Shown here: in pieces, positions 15,725 to 24,152 of the stretch
How positions within the stretch are numbered: position 1 is the stretch's first letter
How the letters are laid out: every line of letters begins with the position of its first letter
Source of the DNA: a virus
Taxonomy: Duplodnaviria > Caudoviricetes
Strand: one strand, 5' to 3'
DNA length: 44,797 nt
Virus record (IMG/VR): IMGVR_UViG_3300020045_001886
Coordinates: 1-44,797 of that record
Position numbers and translations under genes: made by a program
Notes under the pieces: generated by a model
What the model saw: the letters and a program-made list of their open reading frames with translations, nothing else
Told to the model about the DNA's origin: nothing
Databases searched by the model: none

Positions 15725-17491
15725 GAAAATAGTAATCGCACCAGCTAGTAAAAAGCAGGAAATGTATATTAACGATGACGCAGATGTTGTTATCTTTGGT
15801 GGCGGAGCAGGCTAGCCGGTAAGAGCTTTCTAGGGGCTATGGATGTTCTTAAACATACAAATGATCCAAAATTCCGCTGTCTAGTTGTGCGAAGGATAAG
15901 TCCACAAATACATGGTCCCGGAGGAATCTTTGAAACTTTCGTTAACCTACATCGTGAGGTATACGGTAGTGCATTAAAGATTAAGAAGCGCGACGGAATT
16001 ATTGAGTACCCAAATGGAGGTACTGTTTCATTTAGACACTGCCAGTATGAGGAAGATAAGCATTCGTTCCAAGGCTGGCAATTAAGCATGGCTGACTAGA
16101 AAGTTATTAGACGAGGCCCAACAGTCACTTGTGGTAGCTGTTGTAAAATCCCTTGAATTGCTGGAATCCCCTTAGAGCCTGTAAGCTACAACATAGTTAG
16201 AAATGACAAGTGTGAACGCTTAAAAATTACAGGATTGGGCAATCAGCAGCTAAGACCCGTACAGGGTAAAGTTCAACGACTATTCCGTAAGGAAGTAGAG
16301 GTAAGTGCCTCGAAGCGGGGGAGTACGAAAGTACATGATATAGTCTATTCTGGTAACGAAAGTATCAGCAGCGAAAGCGGTTTAAGTGGTAACGTACTTA
16401 AGCGAATTCTAGTAACACAATCTCAAGTCATTTATATTATGTCCAGACTTCGGTCTGAGGCAGATATGCGCCCTAAAATGCGTATGACTTGTAATCCAGC
16501 AGGTAAGGGGCACTGGTTAACAAATTGGCTTGAGTGGTATCTATTACCAAGCGGTTTACCAGACCCTGAACGGTGTGGTGTACGTAGATACTTCACTATG
16601 CGTGATAATGAAATGGTTTGGGGTAATTCTGAGGAAGAAGTTAGAAACCTTATTCCGGGTTGCTCACCCCTAAGTCTAACCTTCATAAATGCAAACGTAT
16701 ACGACAACCCCATCTTAATGGAGAGGCAACCAGAGTACGTAGCATGGCTTGAAGGTCAAGACCGTGAGACTAAAGAAGCACTACTTTATGGTAATTGGTA
16801 CGTAACAAAACAACAAGAGAACTACTACCGTAGAGCTTGGAGTACTGTGGTGCATGAAGCCCCGTATGTAGCCCGTAGAGCACGCGGGTTTGACCAAGCA
16901 GGTAGTTTGAAGGATGAGGTTAACAAAGACCCAGATTATACCGCTACTGTTCTTATGAGTAAGACTAAAGAGAGTCGATACACAATTGAGCATAGTAATA
17001 GAATTCGTGAAAGATACCATACAGTAGAACAGTGGATGTTTGCACTTAATGAAACAGACGCTAGTGATATTACTTGGATTCTTCAGGTTGATCCGGGTGC
17101 AGCAGGTAAAGCATACGCAGCAAGTCTTCAGAAGCAACTAGCTGAAAAAGGCAGACACTGTGTACTTCAACCGTTAAGTACTAAGAGTAAGCTGATTCGT
17201 TTTCGTCCATTAGCATCTATTGCACAGGCTGGTTATCTTGATGTTGTATCCGCTGATTGGAATGACTGGTTCTTCGATGAATTAGAACAGTTTAGAGGCG
17301 ACGGTAAAACTCACGATGATGCACTTGATGCTGCAGTATCTGCATTCTGGTACTTGAATAAGACTATGGAACTACCCTCCTTCACCCTGCCTGATCTACA
17401 CCAGTCTAACTCATATTCTAACCTCGGCTTCTCCCATCCGGTATTACCTCAAGGTGAAGCACCTAGGATTATACAGGGAGAATTCCAGTAG
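15708..17491 (+). CDS. terL: terminase large subunit, interrupted: exons 15708-15813, 15816-16093, 16104-16125, 16413-17491 (1485 nt, 494 aa joined)
   Basis: Joined protein reads VIFGGGAGSGKS (Walker A), QGWQLSMALLDEAQQLTQSQVIYIMSRLRS (Walker B), MTCNP, DNP..YGNW, and nuclease motifs FDQA, PDYTA, HDDALDA. Confidence 0.9.
15814..15815 (+). other. 2-nt insertion (AG) in terL Walker A, creating TAG and a frameshift
   Basis: GGC T[AG]CC GGT AAG AGC; removal gives G-S-G-K-S (removing TA at 15813-15814 gives G-A-G-K-S). Confidence 0.8.
16094..16103 (+). other. 10-nt insertion (GACTAGAAAG) just before terL Walker B, creating TAG and a frameshift
   Basis: ATG GCT [GACTAGAAAG] TTA TTA GAC GAG; removal restores QG-x8-DE spacing; exact boundary could slide by 1 nt. 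Confidence 0.8.
16126..16412 (+). mobile_element. ORF-less group I intron (IA-type core), 287 nt
   Basis: P1 exon CAACAGU pairs with IGS GCUGUUG (U16125.G16137 wobble); P10 UUGUGGUA/UAACACAA; P AAUUGCUGGAA, Q AAUCAGCAGC, R GUUCAACGACUA, S AUGAUAUAGUC; extra hairpins between R and P3'; terminal G16412; splicing restores the frame. Confidence 0.95.
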
Positions 17492-17606
17492 GGGTTATCT
17501 GGTGATTAATAGGCATAACTAGAAAGTTCAATACTCTCGTGTTATGCTGGTAGCTTATGCGTGTAATTTACGTGCATCCCTTGACTAATACTAACAGAAA
17601 GAATAA

Positions 17607-19091
17607 ATGGCTACACGTAAATTAAAAACCCAAGAAGTAACCAAAGCTAACTACCTAGATACTCCTGACCGCTTCCGACTTGGTGAAATCGGCCATCTAG
17701 GATTGAACTTATTCAACGGGATTTCGCAGGAAGAACTCAAGCGCGAGTTGAACTGGCCGAACAACATCAAAATCTACAAGCAGATGACCTACAGCCCGTC
17801 TATCAATTCCGCTTTGACTCTCTACGAGAATATCATTGGAAAAGTAGAATGGGCATACACCGCACCTCAGAACCCCACAGAAGAGGATACTAAACGTGCT
17901 GTAATCATCAATGAAATGATGCGTGATCTTGACGGTGGTACATGGCGTGAGTTCATTAATGATGTGCTTTCAATGATGGTGTATGGCTTTAGTGTACATG
18001 AGAAAGTATACCGACGTAGATACAAGAGTAATGGCTCTAGGTTTAATGACGGTGTAATCGGCTGGAAGAAACTCGCTATTCGTAACCAAGAGACTATTGA
18101 GCGCTTCACCTTCAGCCCAGACGGCTCCGATATAACGGGTGTAAAGCAGAACCTATACGGTGTAGGTGATACTCTAGGTCGGTATAGCTCCAGAGGTTCA
18201 CAAGAGGTTATCCTCCCACGTAGCAAGTTCATGTTGTTCCGTACAGGTAAGCATAAAGGTAATCCTTTCGGTGTATCTCATTTACGTGATGCGTATAGTT
18301 CATGGAAGTACTTGACTGCAATTGAAGAGATGGAAGTTGTTGGGTTTAGTAAAGACTTAGCAGGCGTTCCAGTGCTCAGATTACCACCACAGTATATGTC
18401 AGCAGATGCCAGTACAGAGCAGAAAGCTATCTACGAATACTACAAAAATGTAATTCGCAACCTACAGCAGAATCAACAGTCCGGTGTTATCTTACCTCAA
18501 GCGTTTGATCCAGAGACTAAGCAACCACTATTCGATCTGAAGCTACTCTCAAATGAAGGCGGCAAGAAAGCGTTCGACTCAGATAAGATTAAGGACTACT
18601 ACAAGCGTGCTATTTACGTAGCGTTATTCGCTGAAGTACTGATCTTCGGTTCAGCTTCAGGTGGGAGCTTTAATCTAGGTGTTATCAAGAATAGTATGAC
18701 GGGTGCAGCAGCGGAATCAATGCTGAAGAATATCCGTGATGTACTTAATAATGATCTACTGGTACAGACGTTTGAACTTAACGGATGGAATACCGAAAGG
18801 CTGGGATCATTCGATTTTGATGGTGTAGATTCCGTAGACTTGGAATCACAGAGCAAGGCACTACAGCGGTATGCAAGTACTGGTTTACTTGAGCTTGATC
18901 GTGAAGTGCTAAATGCAGTGCGAGTAAGTATTGGAGTTGATCCATTGCCAATTGATATGCCACCACAGACGGATATTTTGACGGGTAATACTTCTCGCAG
19001 TGGTGATGGATTTTCTAGCCCAACAGGAATCGGCACGAGTACACAGATTACTGGTGAAGATACTTCATCGAACAATCTCGAAAATGTTTAA
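17607..19091 (+). CDS. portal protein
   Basis: 494 aa directly after terL; YGFSVHEKVY, GNPFGVS.L...Y..WK and KDLAGVPVL motifs. Confidence 0.92.
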   Translation: MATRKLKTQEVTKANYLDTPDRFRLGEIGHLGLNLFNGISQEELKRELNWPNNIKIYKQMTYSPSINSALTLYENIIGKVEWAYTAPQNPTEEDTKRAVIINEMMRDLDGGTWREFINDVLSMMVYGFSVHEKVYRRRYKSNGSRFNDGVIGWKKLAIRNQETIERFTFSPDGSDITGVKQNLYGVGDTLGRYSSRGSQEVILPRSKFMLFRTGKHKGNPFGVSHLRDAYSSWKYLTAIEEMEVVGFSKDLAGVPVLRLPPQYMSADASTEQKAIYEYYKNVIRNLQQNQQSGVILPQAFDPETKQPLFDLKLLSNEGGKKAFDSDKIKDYYKRAIYVALFAEVLIFGSASGGSFNLGVIKNSMTGAAAESMLKNIRDVLNNDLLVQTFELNGWNTERLGSFDFDGVDSVDLESQSKALQRYASTGLLELDREVLNAVRVSIGVDPLPIDMPPQTDILTGNTSRSGDGFSSPTGIGTSTQITGEDTSSNNLENV

Positions 19092-19144
19092 GTAAATAAT
19101 AATAAGAAGTCTAACCCTTTGGGCTTCGTCTTAAAGGAGCATCT

Positions 19145-20665
19145 ATGCCTTGCGTACATTGGGGTATTCTACGTGATCAAACACTACCAGCAATGAAGGA
19201 TAAAACCCTAGAAGAGCGCAAGCTCTTCGCCAAGGTAGCTAACGCTGCTTTGTCCCAAGGTAAACCCGAGAAGGATGCCATTGTAGCTGGACTAGCTGCT
19301 GTGAAGAACATGGTGCATAAGGCTCAGGCTATCCCTCTACATCTTCAAGCAGTTCTTGATCTTGTGGAGAAAGCCAAAGGTGAACCACAGGTAGGTGCTT
19401 CTATTAAGCCATTAGAGGCACCTACAGCGTCTTCTAACTGGTTTAGCAGCACAATACACCAAGCTAATGCTACGGTCGATTCTAGGGGTGTTCTAGAGGG
19501 TTTAAATGCTAGTCCATCTTCAGTACAGACTCGTAATCTAATACGTGCAAGCTTCGATACTAAAGGGCGTCTAGTCCTTGGCTTCGACAACGGTGATACC
19601 ATCGTTACAAACGAACAGATTCTGAAGGAGTACATCGAGCAGTACGTTACAGTTCATACTACCCCGTTCTTTGACTGGATTAAGTTCAATACAGAGGCTG
19701 TAGTACCTAACGAGGATTTCACAGCAGGTATGCTCAGGTGGAATTCCTTCGATGGTACTCTGGATTTACGCATGGGCGATAACGCTACTCTACAACTAGG
19801 TATGGAGATGTACTGCCCGCCTGTATTGAACATAACCGGAAGTACTATTCCACAAGGTTCTATCGTAGCTGCTACAGGCGGTGACATTGGTACTTCTAGG
19901 ATTACCTTCGGACTAGCTACAGCTAATCATGCGTTTAATTCCTTCAGGGTTCTAGGGATATGTACTGAAGATATTCCTTCAGGTATGACTGGATTCGTTA
20001 CTAACTTCGGGTTAGTTCGTACCTTGGATACTACAGGTGTACCCTATGGTGAAACATGGGCATCTGGGGATATTCTGTATGTATCATCCAATGTAGCAGG
20101 GCAGTTAAGCAATGTTAAGCCCATACCACCTAACGAGAGTATCCCAGTAGCCTTCGTGGGTATTGTGAGTTCAACTTCAGGGACAATCTTCGTTAAACCC
20201 CAAGCTGTAACACGGCTGGATTACGCTTCGTTCTATGATACTACAACGCAGATACAAACAGCTACAGAGACACCTAGTGCTATCCGTGTAAATACTACCA
20301 AAGAAGCCTACGGTATATCTGTAGTGAATAACACAAGGATAACCTGCAGTACTGCGGGCCTGTATGAATTCCAGTTCACTATGCAAGTATCTAAGAGTAA
20401 TTCCAATGCTCAGAATATGTGGGTATGGGGCAGGATTAACGGAGTAGATATACCAGCTAGTGCAAATAAACTCAGTGTACAAGGCTCAGGTACTCTGTTG
20501 GTTCCAAGCTGGAGCTTCCAAGAGGCGATGAACGCAGGGGATTACTTTGAGCTAATGTGGGCAGTGGATAGTACAACAATTACGCTCATAGCTCCTGCTA
20601 GTACTGTGTTCTGCCCAAGTACTCCTAGTTGTACTGTGACTGTAGCGCAGGTTAATATTAGCTAA
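19145..20665 (+). CDS. virion-associated multidomain protein (ChaB-like N-terminus, beta-rich C1q/BclA-like C-terminus)
   Basis: LP.....LFAKVANAAL..G..E..AI..G.AAVK at the N-terminus; GLYEFQFTMQV...GDYFELMW at the C-terminus. Confidence 0.6.
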   Translation: MPCVHWGILRDQTLPAMKDKTLEERKLFAKVANAALSQGKPEKDAIVAGLAAVKNMVHKAQAIPLHLQAVLDLVEKAKGEPQVGASIKPLEAPTASSNWFSSTIHQANATVDSRGVLEGLNASPSSVQTRNLIRASFDTKGRLVLGFDNGDTIVTNEQILKEYIEQYVTVHTTPFFDWIKFNTEAVVPNEDFTAGMLRWNSFDGTLDLRMGDNATLQLGMEMYCPPVLNITGSTIPQGSIVAATGGDIGTSRITFGLATANHAFNSFRVLGICTEDIPSGMTGFVTNFGLVRTLDTTGVPYGETWASGDILYVSSNVAGQLSNVKPIPPNESIPVAFVGIVSSTSGTIFVKPQAVTRLDYASFYDTTTQIQTATETPSAIRVNTTKEAYGISVVNNTRITCSTAGLYEFQFTMQVSKSNSNAQNMWVWGRINGVDIPASANKLSVQGSGTLLVPSWSFQEAMNAGDYFELMWAVDSTTITLIAPASTVFCPSTPSCTVTVAQVNIS

Positions 20666-20676
20666 TATAGAGTCAC

Positions 20677-20705
20677 TTGTCAGATAAACACTGGCATGAT
20701 AGACT
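20677..20705 (+). promoter_or_regulatory. sigma70-type promoter
   Basis: TTGTCA-17 nt-TAGACT with TGn extension. Confidence 0.6.
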
Positions 20706-20773
20706 GTTCGGTTAATAAACACCAATAACATATCGCAGCCTATATAAAGCTGCTAATAAATAGAAAGAATACA

Positions 20774-21019
20774 ATGCTTACTCAAGATACATCACCAAGC
20801 CCTTACGTTTTTGCAGTAGTACCACACGCTAGTACGAATTTTACACAAGAGGTTCGTCAGTTATATGCAGGTACTGCTGGGGATATTACTGTAGTTAATC
20901 TAGATGATACCACTGTAACATTCGTGGGTGTTAACGCAGGTACAACCCTAGGCCCATTTTATATTAAGCGCGTGAATGCTGTGGGTACAACCTGCGCTAA
21001 CATCGTGGCGTTTATCTAA
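20774..21019 (+). CDS. head spike base protein (RcGTA Rcc01079-like)
   Basis: AVVP...RQLYAGTAGDITV....TVTFVGVNAGT..P..IKRVNAVGTT pattern; 81 aa. Confidence 0.8.
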   Translation: MLTQDTSPSPYVFAVVPHASTNFTQEVRQLYAGTAGDITVVNLDDTTVTFVGVNAGTTLGPFYIKRVNAVGTTCANIVAFI

Positions 21020-21050
21020 GAGTGCTACCTTTATTTAAGCGGAGGTTTCT

Positions 21051-22865
21051 ATGTTCATAGGAATGGGGATTAGAATAGGTGGTAATAAGGTTGTATTATC
21101 AGAAATATCTAGAGCGATTGCTTTTCTGAAAAGTCAAGGTGATAATGCACACGTCTGGCTGCCGGGCATTAGTGCGCTCAATGGCATCCAAGCAGGTAAC
21201 TACCTAGATTCCGCTGGCACTACGCTTGCTGCTGTTGATGGGCCTGTTGGTCGGGCTAATGATGCGATGGGTGTGTTGGGGGTGGAGTTTGCACCAAGCA
21301 CCTCATCGGTGGCGGGATGGGGTTCTGGAGGAACTTCAGTTGTATCTTCAGTATCTGAATCAATTCGCATTACGTCGAATAGTGTGGGGGCTGTGTCAGC
21401 CAGGATTGCCGATTACAGCTTGTCGGGATTTACTATTGGTAAAACTTACAGGCTGAGCGGGTTCGTTTCAGCACAGGGTGGGACCCTGGCCACGGCAAGC
21501 ACTCCACAAATGGCAGCAAGGGATGGCGCAACCCAATTGGTTGCACTTAACGCACCAACTAACGCTGGGAATGCGGCGCTATCTGGTGTGTTTGTTGCAA
21601 CAGCAGCCATACTCACTATTCGGTGTAGGTGGGATTCATCCGCTGCTGTTGACCTAACAAGCTACTTCGACTTTAGCCAACTCTCAGTCCGCGAAATCTC
21701 CGGCATCCAGCTGACACAGCCCACAACCGCGAGTAAGCCTGTATTGCGGAGGGGGTTGTTGAATCTGCTTACTTGGAGTAGTGACTTTAGTAATGCGGCT
21801 TGGTACTCAGGCACGGTCAGCCCCGTAAAAAACGCTATCGGGCCTTATGGCGCAAACGATGGGTGGACGTTCACCACAGTAGCTATAGGCCACGCAGCAC
21901 AAAACAGACCGACTGTGCTACCAAACACAACGTACACCTTTGCGTTTTGGGTTAAGCGCGGAACAATGACAGACTTGAAATGGTCTGTTTACGATTTAAC
22001 AAATTCTGCAAATATTGTCGGGCCAACTTCGTACTACAGTCAGACAACTAGCGAATGGTCTTTGCTTTGTTTTACGTTTACTACGTCGGCAACCTGCACA
22101 GCCGCAGCTGTGTACCCAATACGTGATTCGGGTGTAACCGGCACGGCATATTTTCACAGTGCTGGCCTATTCCAAGGCACCCTAACCGCAGCCCAAATCC
22201 TAGCCCAAGGTGGCATCCCAGTAACCACTACAGCACCAGCAAGCAATCAAAATGCAGGCTCGTATTTCTGGCAGTTCGTTGATTCAAACGACTCTCTGAA
22301 CGCCACAATCCCAGCAGGCTACGAATCAGCCACAATCATTGATGCAGCGCCTACGGGGGCTGTTACTGTGCAAGGGGTTAATGTTTCAGGGGCGCATAGC
22401 GTTGTTGGGGCTTATACGACTGGGGTGGAGTTGGTTACGAATGGAGGATTTGACAGCGGCGCAAACTGGAACCCGGGAGCGGGTTGGGTAATTTCAGGGG
22501 GTGTTGCAACCTGCACGGCAAGCAACATAAATATAAATCAAACCATAGCTGTTGTCGCGAATAAAACATACAAAGTTGACTTTGATGTTGTAGTTACATT
22601 GGGGAGTATTCGTGCAGAACTAGGGGGTAATATTGCAGCAGCGTCAAGCGCATCAGGTAGCTATTCTGCGGTGTTAACACCTACGGCAGGTGGATCACAA
22701 GCCCTATTCATTTATGGTGGAGGTGCATTCTCTGGATCAATTGACAACGTAAGTGTCAAAGAAATAGCCCTAAACACCCACGGGCGCATCCTCTTAAAAG
22801 ACGCACCAACAGCACCACAACTGACACTACTGCAAAACTTGGCAAACAAACTGGCGGGCAAATGA
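21051..22865 (+). CDS. head spike fibre / carbohydrate-binding protein
   Basis: MFIGMGIRIG N-terminus following the spike base; NLLTWSSDFSNAAW and ELVTNGGFDS...IDNVSVKEI CBM-like modules. Confidence 0.75.
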   Translation: MFIGMGIRIGGNKVVLSEISRAIAFLKSQGDNAHVWLPGISALNGIQAGNYLDSAGTTLAAVDGPVGRANDAMGVLGVEFAPSTSSVAGWGSGGTSVVSSVSESIRITSNSVGAVSARIADYSLSGFTIGKTYRLSGFVSAQGGTLATASTPQMAARDGATQLVALNAPTNAGNAALSGVFVATAAILTIRCRWDSSAAVDLTSYFDFSQLSVREISGIQLTQPTTASKPVLRRGLLNLLTWSSDFSNAAWYSGTVSPVKNAIGPYGANDGWTFTTVAIGHAAQNRPTVLPNTTYTFAFWVKRGTMTDLKWSVYDLTNSANIVGPTSYYSQTTSEWSLLCFTFTTSATCTAAAVYPIRDSGVTGTAYFHSAGLFQGTLTAAQILAQGGIPVTTTAPASNQNAGSYFWQFVDSNDSLNATIPAGYESATIIDAAPTGAVTVQGVNVSGAHSVVGAYTTGVELVTNGGFDSGANWNPGAGWVISGGVATCTASNININQTIAVVANKTYKVDFDVVVTLGSIRAELGGNIAAASSASGSYSAVLTPTAGGSQALFIYGGGAFSGSIDNVSVKEIALNTHGRILLKDAPTAPQLTLLQNLANKLAGK

Positions 22866-23221
22866 ACCAATACAACCACACCATTTCAATCAGACTACCT
22901 ATGGGGTTAGCTGGCATTGCCGCAGCCATTGGCAGAGCTTTAGATAGCGATACCGGGGGAGATAAGAGTTTCGTTCTCGATGCTGACGGATTGACCATTT
23001 CAACCAGCGCACCCTGCACCTCAGAGTTCTACACCCAAGCGCAGTACATGCTGCTTTACCCCGAAGCACTGCACGCCGCCGTGGCCGCTGACTACGCTGC
23101 TCGGTGGGGTGAGCTTGCAGCGCCTACGCTGGATGAATGCGCGTTGTTCTGCGAGAGTATAACTCCTGCATCTATAACACCAGTCTCTATACCCACTATC
23201 CTGCTGGGAAACGAAGTATGA
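22862..23221 (+). CDS. hypothetical protein coupled to the spike fibre gene
   Basis: 119 aa with ATGA overlaps on both sides. Confidence 0.7.
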   Translation: MNQYNHTISIRLPMGLAGIAAAIGRALDSDTGGDKSFVLDADGLTISTSAPCTSEFYTQAQYMLLYPEALHAAVAADYAARWGELAAPTLDECALFCESITPASITPVSIPTILLGNEV

Positions 23222-23661
23222 AACTCGCGTTATACAAGTATAAACACCCAGCTGTACTCAAGGGTTTACCTGATGCTTTAATCCGATGGTGGACTTCTAG
23301 TAAGTACTCCCATGCTGAGTTAATCATTGATAACCTATGGTACTCATCATCTGCTCAAGATGGTGGTGTTAGGTGTAAAGATATTACACTAGATAAAGCC
23401 CGCTGGGATACATTCGAGCTAGATAGCACATTAGACGAGCAAGTAGCACTTAAATGGTTCGATGCACATAAAGGACAGAAGTATGATTATGCTGGTGTAG
23501 CTCGATTTGTACTTCCGTTTCTACCTAATATGAACAACAGATGGTTCTGCTTTGAAGCTGTGGGTGCAATGCTAGGGATTGAAGATACAGATAAGCTCAC
23601 TGGTAAATCGCTGGAGGAGTTCGTGTCGAAGAATACCCGCCTTGACATACAAATCCAGTAA
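23218..23661 (+). CDS. permuted papain-like (NlpC/P60) amidase family protein
   Basis: YSHAEL (His), GQKYDY and RWFCFEAV (Cys) in permuted order. Confidence 0.8.
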   Translation: MKLALYKYKHPAVLKGLPDALIRWWTSSKYSHAELIIDNLWYSSSAQDGGVRCKDITLDKARWDTFELDSTLDEQVALKWFDAHKGQKYDYAGVARFVLPFLPNMNNRWFCFEAVGAMLGIEDTDKLTGKSLEEFVSKNTRLDIQIQ

Positions 23662-23670
23662 TGCTATTAT
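23642..23670 (+). promoter_or_regulatory. sigma70-type promoter for head genes
   Basis: TTGACA-17 nt-TATTAT with TGn extension. Confidence 0.7.
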
Positions 23671-23742
23671 ATTAGCTAATTAAATCCATGAGGTTAATAG
23701 ACTTGAGCTATTACTAAGTGGATACAGAATAAGGAGTACGAC

Positions 23743-24138
23743 ATAAGTACTGCAAAAGATACTACAAAAAGCATCCCTATTGTTAAAGCACTTAATGAAG
23801 AATTAATGCAGGTTACATATGTGGCAATGAAGCCCGGTGTTGACTTGCATTTTCACTCCGTTGACCTAGAAGAAATCCGACTAGCTAAAGAGTCGTTCAA
23901 TAAAAGTTTAATGCGGGCTAATCTGTTCCACATGACTATGACTGATTCATTCAGCATAATTGAGTCATACCTAGCGCCTACGGACATGATTTTAAATAAG
24001 CAGCTCGTGACTAAGGGTGAATGGCTAGTTACTCTCCAAGTTCACGAAGGTCATGAAGATGTTTGGAACATGATTAAAGATGATTCTATCACGGGCGTTT
24101 CAATTGGTGCTATGGGCATCCTAGAAGACGTTGAATAA
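23743..24138 (+). CDS. XkdF-like putative prohead protease; probable ATA start
   Basis: PGVDLH, NLFH, IIESY.AP, KGEWL and GVSIGA motifs; AAGGAG 6 nt before in-frame ATA 23743; first ATG only at 23806. Confidence 0.8.
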   Translation: MSTAKDTTKSIPIVKALNEELMQVTYVAMKPGVDLHFHSVDLEEIRLAKESFNKSLMRANLFHMTMTDSFSIIESYLAPTDMILNKQLVTKGEWLVTLQVHEGHEDVWNMIKDDSITGVSIGAMGILEDVE

Positions 24139-24152
24139 TACAAAGGATACAT

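Noticed and set aside
15813-16099. TAG reassignment (alternative genetic code) explaining the terL stops
   Set aside because: Read-through would not fix the frameshifts, TAG ends many normal genes here, and no suppressor tRNA is seen
16176-16182. AGCCTGT in the intron complementary to GCAGGCT before the 2-nt insert
   Set aside because: CCTGTAA is already paired with TTACAGG in the intron's P5 extension
16235-16412. N-terminal part of the 418-aa ORF as real protein
   Set aside because: It is the group I intron core read in frame; TerL similarity resumes only at 16413
15708-17491. terL as a dead pseudogene or simple sequencing error
   Set aside because: All catalytic motifs and neighbouring genes are intact, the insertions are not in homopolymers and they share boundary features; disfavoured but not excluded without reads
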